DNA from: Deltaproteobacteria bacterium
Lineage (GTDB): Bacteria; Myxococcota; Kuafuiibacteriia; Kuafuiibacteriales; Kuafuiibacteriaceae
NCBI GenBank assembly: GCA_040218735.1
Contig: JAVJQW010000008.1
Span: 352,001 to 416,000, forward strand
DNA length: 64,000 nt
Reading direction: 5' to 3'
A program made the translations under genes and the position numbers. Position 1 is the stretch's first letter; each line of letters starts with the position of its first letter. The notes under the pieces were generated by a model, which saw only the letters and a list, made by a program, of their open reading frames with translations, did not search any database and was not told the origin of the DNA. This document shows, piece after piece, positions 1 to 8,700 of the stretch.

Positions 1-972
1 GCGGCGCGGACGCCGGTGCCGTTCGAGATCGTCGCGGGCATCGCGGCGCGGATCGCGGACGCGCTCCACTACGCGCACAACACGACGGACGCTTCGGGCG
101 CGCGGCTCGACGTCGTACACCGGAACCTCGCTCCGTCGAACGTGATGCTGAGCTACGAGGGCGCCGTGAAGGTGCTCGAGTTTGGTGTCGCGCGGATCGC
201 GGACCACATCGCGACGGTGACCGGATCGCCCGCGGGGCGCCCCGCGTACATGGCGCCGGAGCAGCTGCAGGGGAGGCCGGTCGACCATCGCGCGGACATC
301 TTTGCGCTCGGGGTGATGCTCCACGAAGCCTTCGCGAACCACGCGCGCTACGAAGGCATCCCGACGCACGCGCTCGCGCTGAAGACGTACGAGGCGCCGC
401 CGCCGATCCGCGCGCTCGTCCCCGAGCTCCCCGAGCCGTTGGCGCAAATCACCGAGCGTGCGCTCGCGTCCGATCTTCGTGAGCGGTACGCCGACGCGGA
501 CGCGCTCGCGAACGATCTTCACGTCTACCTCGCGGAGGTTTCGTATCGCGACGTCACCGACGAGCTGAGTCGCTATCTGCGCGAGGTGTACGGCCACCAC
601 GCGAGCCGAAAGATGCAGGCCATCCAGGCGTTGATCGCGGGCGAAGAGGACTTGGACGCGTTGCGGAAGGTGTTCGGCGCGACCCGTCCGACGAAGCTCG
701 ACTTCCCCGACTTCACGGATCCGCTCGGGCTGGACGAGGCGCCCGTGGCGGCGACGGTGAAGGCGCCGGCTCCGGTGCTCGACGAGTTCGACGACGAGAC
801 GCTGGCGCTGCCCATTCAGGATCGTGCGTCGACCGTCGGGACCCGGCGAACCGCACCGAGTCCGGCGGCGCGGGCCCCGCGTTCTTCGACGGTGGGGATC
901 GTGCTCGCGATCGTGATTGGTGTCGGGGTCGGGGTCGCGATCAGCCTGCTGCTGACCGGGCGTTTTGGTTAA
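1..972 (+). CDS. Membrane-anchored Ser/Thr kinase-like protein, probable pseudokinase (5'-truncated by window edge)
   Basis: Frame is open from base 1. Hanks-kinase C-lobe motifs VHRNLAPSN, VKVLEFG, YMAPEQ and DIFALG, plus a C-terminal hydrophobic helix IVLAIVIGVGVGVAISLLL. Confidence 0.85.
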   Translation, partial: AARTPVPFEIVAGIAARIADALHYAHNTTDASGARLDVVHRNLAPSNVMLSYEGAVKVLEFGVARIADHIATVTGSPAGRPAYMAPEQLQGRPVDHRADIFALGVMLHEAFANHARYEGIPTHALALKTYEAPPPIRALVPELPEPLAQITERALASDLRERYADADALANDLHVYLAEVSYRDVTDELSRYLREVYGHHASRKMQAIQALIAGEEDLDALRKVFGATRPTKLDFPDFTDPLGLDEAPVAATVKAPAPVLDEFDDETLALPIQDRASTVGTRRTAPSPAARAPRSSTVGIVLAIVIGVGVGVAISLLLTGRFG

Positions 973-2597
973 GCCACGACGGCGAGCTTCGCGCGCTTCT
1001 TCCGCTTCTTCTCGACCTTGTCCCACTGCATCGACAGGCGCTTCGACGTCGCCATCGCGGCTTCCGGATCCGCGAAGAGGCGGTAGTTGGCTTCCTTGTT
1101 CCGCGAGTTGAAGCGGCCGAGGAAGTTCGCGAAGTGGTGGGCGTCGAGCATGTACAGCATCGAGCCCGTCTCCGCGCGCAGGTTCTTGTTCAGGTAGAGC
1201 TTGAGGACGTCCTTGAGGAACCGGCGGTTCGGGATGTCGCGCTCGCGGATCTGTGCGGTGACCTTCGCGGCCATGAACAGGCGCTCGGACATCGGCGCGC
1301 CTTCGATCGGGTTGTTGCGCCACCAGTCTTCGAGCCGGGAGAGGACGGCGTCCGGTCCGTAGGCTTGCTCATAGATCCAGACGTAGCCGTCCATGAGTTG
1401 GTCGGGCGTCATCTGCTTGGGTTGGAAGACGACGTGGCGTGTGTCGTAGAGATCCCACCGCTCGTGGAAGAGGCGGCCTTCGGCCTTGGTGTCGTCGAAG
1501 AGGCCCGTGCCCGGCATCGGCGTGAGGATGCTGAAGAACGGGTACATGATGTTGTAGCGGTCGATGAATTCGAGGGTGTCGCGGAAGACGCGCAAGTCAT
1601 CCGTGTCGAAACCCACGATGAAATTACCCACCGTCTTGATTCCGCGTGCGCGAATCGCATCGACCGCTTCTTGATAAGTCATGCAGAAATTCACCGACTT
1701 ATCCATGTCCTGCAGGGTGGCTTCGGTGACGGATTCGAAGCCGATGATCAGGACGGTGCATCCGGCGTCGCGGAAGAGGTCGAGCATCTGATCGTCACGC
1801 GCGACGTTGAGCGTCGTCTCCGCAGACCAGTCCGGGAGCTCCCCCGCGCGACGCATCTTCACGAGGTCTTCGAGGAGGCGCTTGGTGTACGCCGGTTTGC
1901 TGATGAAGTTGTCGTCTACGACGTAGAGCGGGCGCGAACGTTGGATGGGCCCGCGGCCGAGCGGGATGTCGCGGATCTCCTGCACGATGTTCGCTTCCGG
2001 CTTGCAGCGGAACGCTTGCCCGGAGATGTCGGGAACGCTGCAGAAGCGGCACATGAACGGGCAGCCCCGTGTGGTCTGGAGCTGCTGGTAGAAGTAGCGC
2101 GACGGGTCCATCCCGCGCCACGACACGGACGGGATGTTGCTCATCTCGGGGAAGCCGTCGGCCTTGTAGAGCTGCTTGCCCTTGCCTTGCTCGAGGTCGG
2201 CGAGGACGCGCGGCCAGATCTCTTCGGCTTCGCCGTCGACGACGATGTCGCAGTGCTGGAGGGCTTCGTCGGGTCTGAGCGACGCGTGGATGCCGCCGAG
2301 CACGACGGTCTTGCCGCGGCGGCGGAACTCGTCGGCGACTTGGTACGTGCGCGTGATGCAAGACGTCTTGCCGGAGAGCGCGACGATGTCGGCGTCGGTG
2401 TCGTAGTCGATGCGCTCGAGGTACTCGTCGGTGAAGCGGATGTCGTGGTGCGACGGCGTGACGGTTGCGACGGTTTGAAGGCCGAGGTCCATGAAGGCGC
2501 GGTCGAAGCCGAGCACACGGAGCATGAGGTCGAGCTCGTAGAGCTCGCGTTCGGTGGGATCGGCGTTCTTGCGCGTGGCGACGAAGTGAATCTTCAC
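969..2597 (-). CDS. B12-binding domain radical SAM protein
   Basis: N-terminal cobalamin-binding motif (VVLGGIHASL, VVDGEAE), CxxxCxxC in GCPFMCRFC, IGFES, and LTPMPGT. GTG start at 2597 is preceded by GGAG; the longer 831-aa ORF is an out-of-frame overlap with tetR. Confidence 0.88.
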   Translation of the reverse strand: MKIHFVATRKNADPTERELYELDLMLRVLGFDRAFMDLGLQTVATVTPSHHDIRFTDEYLERIDYDTDADIVALSGKTSCITRTYQVADEFRRRGKTVVLGGIHASLRPDEALQHCDIVVDGEAEEIWPRVLADLEQGKGKQLYKADGFPEMSNIPSVSWRGMDPSRYFYQQLQTTRGCPFMCRFCSVPDISGQAFRCKPEANIVQEIRDIPLGRGPIQRSRPLYVVDDNFISKPAYTKRLLEDLVKMRRAGELPDWSAETTLNVARDDQMLDLFRDAGCTVLIIGFESVTEATLQDMDKSVNFCMTYQEAVDAIRARGIKTVGNFIVGFDTDDLRVFRDTLEFIDRYNIMYPFFSILTPMPGTGLFDDTKAEGRLFHERWDLYDTRHVVFQPKQMTPDQLMDGYVWIYEQAYGPDAVLSRLEDWWRNNPIEGAPMSERLFMAAKVTAQIRERDIPNRRFLKDVLKLYLNKNLRAETGSMLYMLDAHHFANFLGRFNSRNKEANYRLFADPEAAMATSKRLSMQWDKVEKKRKKRAKLAVVA

Positions 2598-2638
2598 GGT
2601 GGCTCCGAGCCGGCGCAGCCTAACACCGATGCTGAAGA

Positions 2639-3295
2639 TCAGTACGCGCGGCGGCAGGGATCGGATCCGGTGACGAGGGCGCGCCAGAGCCTCTGGTAGG
2701 TCGCCTTGAGGGTCGTCTTGGTCGTTCCGCGTTCGAGGTGCCAGGTGAGCAGATCCGGATCGAGCGCGGCGAGGATCATCTCGGTGGCGGCGACGGTGTC
2801 GAGCGGTGGGATCTCGTCGTTCTTCACGGCGCGCTCGAGGTAGCGGCCGATGGCGTCGCGTTGCCAGACATGCGCCGGGTGGTCGTACCGTTTGGCGCCG
2901 CCGCGTTCGAACGCGAGCGCTTCGGACAGGAGCGAAGCGTTGTCCGTCGCGAAGTCGAAGAGGGCGTCGATCAGGTGGGCGAGATGGACGAGGTTCGGGG
3001 CGTCGTGCGGGATGCCGAACCCGGCGAGGACCTCGTTCTGCAGGCGGATCGCGTCCTCGTGGAGGAGCGCGCGGCAGAGCGAGGCGCGGTCTTCGAAGCG
3101 GCGGTAGACCGTGCCCTTGCCGACGCCGGCCGTCTTCGCGACCTCGTCCATGCATATCTTCTGGATGGGGCGCGTCTTGAGGAGAGTGCGGGCGGCCTCG
3201 AGGATCTTCTGGCGGTTGCGGGCGGCGTCCTTGCGCTCTGCAACCGGTGCGGGCTGCCCCAAGATCTCCAGCTTGACCGACTTCTTCAGCACCAC
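2639..3295 (-). CDS. TetR/AcrR family transcriptional regulator
   Basis: ERKDAARNRQKILEAA...MDEVAKTAGVGKGTVYRRF helix-turn-helix. Confidence 0.92.
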   Translation of the reverse strand: MVLKKSVKLEILGQPAPVAERKDAARNRQKILEAARTLLKTRPIQKICMDEVAKTAGVGKGTVYRRFEDRASLCRALLHEDAIRLQNEVLAGFGIPHDAPNLVHLAHLIDALFDFATDNASLLSEALAFERGGAKRYDHPAHVWQRDAIGRYLERAVKNDEIPPLDTVAATEMILAALDPDLLTWHLERGTTKTTLKATYQRLWRALVTGSDPCRRAY

Positions 3296-3338
3296 GACGC
3301 CCGTGCTCCGACGGCAGTGTACCCGAAAACGAAGGGAC

Positions 3339-3368
3339 TTGACATAAACGGACTATAGTCCGTATTAG
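3339..3368 (+). promoter_or_regulatory. Sigma70-type promoter for yceI overlapped by a palindromic operator (probable TetR site)
   Basis: TTGACA at 3339-3344, perfect 16-bp palindrome ACGGACTATAGTCCGT at 3348-3363, and TATTAG at 3363-3368 (18-bp spacing), all in the tetR/yceI divergent gap. Confidence 0.75.
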
Positions 3369-3375
3369 ATCCAAC

Positions 3376-3969
3376 ATGAACAGAACAGCCGCCTTCACGG
3401 GCACTCTCCTCATCGGTTTGGTCGGTTCGGCGCCGGCGTTCGCGGACACGTGGGCGCTCGACACGAGCCACAGTCACGTCGGCTTCTCGGTCGCGCACCT
3501 CGTGGTGACGAAGGCCAAGGGCCAGTTCAACAAGTTCTCCGGGACGGTTCAGATCGACGACAAGGACATCACGAAGTCGACGGTGAATGTGGAGATCGAC
3601 GCCGCGTCGATCGACACAAACGACGAGAAGCGCGACGGGCACCTCAAGAGCCCGGACTTCTTCAACGTCGCGAAGCACCCGAAGCTCACGTTCGTCTCGA
3701 CGAAGGTGAAGAAGGCGGGGAAGGGCAAGCTCACGGTGCTCGGCAACCTGACGATCGCCGGAACGACGAAGCCGGTGACGCTCACCGTCGAGGGGCCGTC
3801 GAAAGCGGTGAAGGATCCGTGGGGCAACACCCGGCGTGCGTTGAGCGCGACGACGAAGATCAACCGCGAGGACTTCGGCATGACCTGGAACAAGGCGCTC
3901 GAGGCCGGCGGTATGGTCGTCGGAAAAGAAGTGACGATTCAGATCGAAGCCGAGCTCATCAAGAAGTAA
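3376..3969 (+). CDS. yceI: YceI family polyisoprenoid-binding periplasmic protein
   Basis: Signal peptide ending AFA, then WALDTSHSHVGFSVAHL, SIDTNDEKRDGHLKSPDFF and INREDFGMTWN. Confidence 0.93.
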   Translation: MNRTAAFTGTLLIGLVGSAPAFADTWALDTSHSHVGFSVAHLVVTKAKGQFNKFSGTVQIDDKDITKSTVNVEIDAASIDTNDEKRDGHLKSPDFFNVAKHPKLTFVSTKVKKAGKGKLTVLGNLTIAGTTKPVTLTVEGPSKAVKDPWGNTRRALSATTKINREDFGMTWNKALEAGGMVVGKEVTIQIEAELIKK

Positions 3970-3970
3970 C

Positions 3971-4810
3971 TCACCAACGCACGGGGTTGGTGGTGGCGCC
4001 GTACCACCGACCCCCGATCTGCGTCGTGACGTCGTCGAAGTCGTTCGCGGGGTCCATCTCGATCTGAAAGCCGTCGGCGGTCAGACCGTAGAGGCGATCG
4101 TTGGCGAACCCGAGCGCCCAGACGTTGTCGTGCGGGAGGTCGCGGATGAACTCTGATTCCCCGGACATTGGGTCCAGGCGATAGAGCGCGTCGCCCGGCG
4201 TGGGCGTGGCGATGGTGACGTAGAGGAAGCCGTCGGGGAGGGCGACGATGTCCCCCGAAGTCCGAAGGCCTGCGGCGCTGTCGTAGCGTTGGAGGAGGCG
4301 GCCGTCGACGGGATCGACGACGATGAGATCGCTGCCTCCGACGACGAGTCGTCCGTCCGGCGTGAAGCCGAGCCCGGTCGGCGCCGTACTCACCGAGAAT
4401 TGATAGGTGAGGTCGGCGGTTTCGGGATCGACGACGTAGATATTGCTGGCGAAGTCACCCGCGTAGAGCCTGCCGTTCGCGTCGATCGCGATATCGGTGA
4501 TCGAGTTGATCACGCCGAGGAACGGACCGATGAGTGTGCGCGTTCCGGTGGTCGCGTCGAACGCGAACAGGTTGCTGTCGTCGTGCAGGTACATGACCTC
4601 GGTGGCGGGCGGCACCCCGGAGTCGAAGAACCCACCGTCGCGGAAGCCGCCGTCGCGAGGAGAGCCTGCGTCACGGGGGACACCGCCGTCGCGGAACCCG
4701 GCGTCCGGGAAGCCGGCGTCCGGCAGCGCGAGCCGCGTGAGCTCCAGCGTCTCGGCGACGCACGCGGTGCTCAGGGCGGCCGCGAACACGGCGACGGTGG
4801 ACAGCCTCAC
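3971..4810 (-). CDS. Putative lipoprotein with beta-propeller domain
   Basis: Lipobox-like LSTAC, a PDAG/RDGG low-complexity linker, then repeated beta-strand blades (TDIAIDANGRLY, TGLGFTPDGRL, GDIVALPDGFLY). Alternative ATG at 4855. Confidence 0.7.
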   Translation of the reverse strand: MRLSTVAVFAAALSTACVAETLELTRLALPDAGFPDAGFRDGGVPRDAGSPRDGGFRDGGFFDSGVPPATEVMYLHDDSNLFAFDATTGTRTLIGPFLGVINSITDIAIDANGRLYAGDFASNIYVVDPETADLTYQFSVSTAPTGLGFTPDGRLVVGGSDLIVVDPVDGRLLQRYDSAAGLRTSGDIVALPDGFLYVTIATPTPGDALYRLDPMSGESEFIRDLPHDNVWALGFANDRLYGLTADGFQIEMDPANDFDDVTTQIGGRWYGATTNPVRW

Positions 4811-4851
4811 GTACGACACTATTCGCGAGGCGGACGCTTGGGCGCAACGAA

Positions 4852-5127
4852 TCATCCCGTGGGGCGCACGGCGAAGCCGGTCAGGCCCGTCGCCGGCACG
4901 TCCGACGGCTCCACGTTCGTGACATCCGCGTACCGCGGGCCGTCCGCGCACTCCGCCACGAGCTGGTCCACCGCCCGCAGGTCGCCCTCGACGAGGATCT
5001 CGACCCGCCCGTCGTAGAGGTTCCGCACCCACCCCGCCAGCGCGAGCGCTGCGGCGCGCCGTCGCGTCCACTGCCGATAGCCGACGCCTTGCACGATACC
5101 GGAGACGAGGATGCGCGTGGCCCGCAT
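4852..5127 (-). CDS. acyP: Acylphosphatase
   Basis: Signatures VSGIVQGVGYR and GWVRNLYDGRVE; 91 aa. Confidence 0.92.
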   Translation of the reverse strand: MRATRILVSGIVQGVGYRQWTRRRAAALALAGWVRNLYDGRVEILVEGDLRAVDQLVAECADGPRYADVTNVEPSDVPATGLTGFAVRPTG

Positions 5128-5203
5128 GGCAGCCCCAGCGTAAGCGACGGGGCCGCCGCGATCTACGGTTCGCCGCCGCCCGGCGCCGTGGTAGGTCAGG
5201 CGC

Positions 5204-5300
5204 GGGAGCGCGTTCGCGGCTGGTGCGCGGCTCGGCCTTCAAAGCCGATGGGGTTCTTCGATCCGGAGGACTCGGCGGGTTCGATTCCCGTGCGCTCTCG
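5204..5300 (+). tRNA. selC: tRNA-Sec (anticodon UCA)
   Basis: 8-bp acceptor stem GGGAGCGC/GCGCTCTC, D-loop TGGT, anticodon arm TCGGC-CTTCAAA-GCCGA (TCA at 5239-5241), long variable arm, 5-bp T-stem GCGGG-TTCGATT-CCCGT and discriminator G: the bacterial 8/5 Sec fold. CCA is not encoded. Confidence 0.92.
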
Positions 5301-5696
5301 TATCTCGCCTCCGGCGAGAGACGAGTGCGCACGGGCTTCGGGCCTAGGACGCTCGGCAAGCCGAGCGGCCGGCGGCTCGATTCCGCGGTCGCCGGTGGCT
5401 TCGATTGATGTGGCAGTCCGGAGGCCATCGAGCGCGCACGCGACTCGGCCACTCGACTTCGCCGTCGGCTCGTCTTGTCCGTGGTCGATTCCCGTGCGCT
5501 CTCTTATCTCGCCTGTCGCGAGAGACGAGTGCGCACGGGCTTCGGGCCTAGGACGCCCGGCAAGCCGAGCGGCCGGCGGCTCGATTCCGCGGTCGCCGGT
5601 GGCTTCGATGGGATGTGGCATTCCGGAGGGCATCGAGTGCGCACGCGACTCGGCCAATCGACTTCGCCTTCGGCTCGCCTTGTCCGTGGTCGATTC
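5281..5696 (+). repeat. tRNA-linked tandem direct repeat, 2 x ~204 bp plus start of a third
   Basis: Units start at 5281 and 5485 with TCGATTCCCGTGCGCTCTC (tRNA 3' end). A third TCGATTC starts at 5690. The units differ by scattered substitutions and one indel. Confidence 0.9.
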
Positions 5697-5750
5697 GGCC
5701 GTCACCGGTGACTTGTGTGCTGAATCCTCCGCTCCTACGCTGGGGAAGCG

Positions 5751-8700
5751 TTGAAGAAGTCGAGGTGTGTCGCGCTCGCTTTCTTGGTGGCGGCAGCTGC
5801 AGGGTGCGCAGACGAGGCCGGCTCCTTCGAGCTGACCCTCGGGTGGGCCGGCGGAGTCGCTCCGGAACTGCCTCAGGCGGTGCATGTCCAGGCCCGGATA
5901 CTCGATTCGAACGACCAGATCGTGGCGAACTCTCCGAACGTCCCGTACCGCTCCGGGGTCGAGCTTGCGTTCGAGCGGGTGCCGTACGATCGGAGGTTGA
6001 TCGCCGTGGTCGAGATTCGCGCGGCGGCCGCTGACACTTCCCAGGTACTCTACCACGCCCGATCGAACCCATTCGTCTTGCAAGTTGGAACTCAGACGAC
6101 GGTGAACGTTCTGTTCGATTTGACTCCAGGCCCGGGCGTTGTAGACCCCGTCGCGATCTCTATTCCACGTCGGGTTCGCAGCGGGACGGTCGACCTCGAA
6201 GTGTCACCTGGCGACGCATCTCGCGTGATGCTCTCCAACTCATCCGCCTTCAACTCGGCCCGAGTTGTGGACCTCGTTTCGGGCGAGTCTTTGCAGACCG
6301 TACGGTGGGATCTCAACGACGGCCTTCCTTCGGACCTGCCGTGCATCTCAGAGCCCTCGGATGTGTGCCCGCGCCGCGTCTACGCGAGCTTCGAAGATGA
6401 GTTTCAGAACCGATCGCTCACGGTGAGCGCAGAAACGACCCTCGACAACTTGCCCCCGACGATCGTCGATGGATCGACGTCGATTCAGCTGGTGCCTACC
6501 TCGTCTAGCGCACGCAACGACCCTTCCACGTCCAGCTACGCCGTTTCCGCCGTGCTTCGGTTCACCGCGTCCGAGCCGCTCGCCGTCGTTCCCGTCGTCC
6601 GGGCCCTGTCGGAGTCACAGACCGTCGTCCTCGAACGCACGAACGTGACCGCCAATACCCACACCTACCAGTGGACTCCCGCCCGAGATGTTGCAGAAGA
6701 CACCTACCGCTGCCAGGTCTTGCTTCGAGACTCGGCGGCCAACGAGAGCAGCGTCGACCTCGACGCATCCCACAACGTCATCGTCGACCAAACCGCGCCG
6801 GTCGCCCCGCGCGTCGAGGGCAACGGTGGACTCCGGTACATGCGGCGTCCGTGGGGCGACACCACGAGCGCGTCACCACGCTGGACTGTCGAAGGGGACG
6901 TCTCTTCCGTAGAACCCGGCGCTAAAGTCGAGATCGAACGCGTCGGCGTGGGCATCGTCGGTACGCAAGAAGCTCGCGCTGACGGGAGCGTCGGACCGAT
7001 CGTCCTTCAAGGCGCGGATTCCGCGTCAGTGCGAGCGCGGAGCGTCGATGCCGCCGGCTTGGCGAGCCCATGGGTCGAGATCCGTGACATCGCTTGGACC
7101 GCTACGATGAACGGAAAAATCCGCGGAAGCGGCGCGTCGAACCCGCATCGTATCGTGCACCTCGGCGGCGAGGTTCGTCAGTGCCTTTGGCACGCCAACG
7201 ATGGATTAGGCGGCACGGAACCCCTCCAGGCCGACCTCGACGGCCTCGGCCTCCAAGGAGATGCCCGTTCCTATGCCGTGCAGTCCGAACGAACGTGGTC
7301 CCTACGACGCCCGGCCGAGGTCTCCGGCCTCAGAGCGAACGCCGGCGTCGTCACGGCCTCGGAGCCGATTACCGGCCGACTTCTGCTCCACAGCGACCAC
7401 GATACGCCCGGCATCGATCAAGAATCGTGGTCATGGGACGGTGACATGTGGACCTTCCTCGGACGCGGTTCCGGGCCGCGGCACCGAGGCTTAGCCACCA
7501 TCGCCGTCGAGCCGAAGCGGGCACGGATCATCGTGTTCGGAGGCGGCGACATGACGTGGCAACATCTCGACGAGCTCTGGCGATGGGATGGACTCGTTTG
7601 GACGCAGCTCAACCCCCCCGTGTCACCGTCGCCGCGGTCCGACCCCACCATGGCGGGAAATCCGGCGACGGGGAACGTCGTCCTCTTCGGCGGACGCGAT
7701 GACACGTCCGATCTCGGCGACACCTGGATTTGGGATGGAGAGGGCTGGGAGCACCGAGCCGTCGTCGGCCCGACCGCCCGCTCACGCGTAGGCCTCGCGT
7801 ACGATGAGCCTACGCGGAAGGTCGTCCTCTTTGGAGGGGCCGCCGGCACCGACCTTCTCAACGATACGTGGGTCTGGGACGGTGAACGATGGACCGAAGT
7901 CAGCGTTCCCGCACCGCCAGACGCTGCGCGGGTTCCCATCATGGCTACGGACCCAGACACAGGGGGTGCCGTCCTATACGGCGACCGTGCTCATTGGCGC
8001 TTCGAGGGAAGTCACTGGCAGCTGATCGACGATCCCGTGACGAAGGGCCCGACGAACTATTCGGCAACCCTATCGGGTGCCCTGCGCACTGGGGGATTTC
8101 TGAGCTTCGACACCCGGCCCGGGTTGGGCTCGGGGCAGGTGTTCTCTGCCTTCCATGGTGACCGATTCAATTTCGGAAACAACCCGAACGAGCCTCTACT
8201 TGGCGCTCTCCTTGGCGATCCAGGCGAAGATGTACTGTTGTACAAACGCGATGCGGCCCAACTTAGGACCTGGCCGATCAATGGGCTGGGTTGGGGCGTA
8301 ATCAGGACGGTGAACGACCCGCCGCGAGAGGTCGCAACGGACCCGATGACACTGGAACTCATGGGTATCGACTGGGTGGACGCGCCGGGCGGATGTCAAC
8401 GAGAACAATCAGCGTATGGGTTCCCTTGGACGGTCGTCGTGCCGTCGGGTCCGCGACCGCCCGCGAACTGCGCGATCACATCGTTGCAAATGGCGCTCGA
8501 CGCTGGTCGAGGTCGCGTCATCGCGTTCGAGCCACCCGACCTCACCTGGGAGTGGGACGGTCTCGCGTGGCGCTCCGTTGTGACTTTGAATACCCCGACC
8601 GGGCAATATGTCCATGCGCCGTCGCTCGGCGGCCTTGTCGCGGTCGGTTCGGACGCGATCAAGAGATTCGACGGAAGCACCTGGATGACGGTCGGGCCGG

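Noticed and set aside
2598-3464. N-terminal 289-aa extension of the radical SAM ORF
   Set aside because: It is an off-frame overlap with tetR and yceI; a proper RBS and GTG exist at 2597.
4610-4725. Short repeats encoding PDAG/RDGG
   Set aside because: Common low-complexity linker in myxobacterial lipoproteins, not an independent element.
5089-6083. ORFs across the tRNA/repeat region (5089-5754 +, 5196-6083 -, and the 5' extension of 3971-5452)
   Set aside because: These are translations of the tRNA and its repeats or overlaps with acyP; the products are Arg/Ser/Ala-rich and look non-coding.
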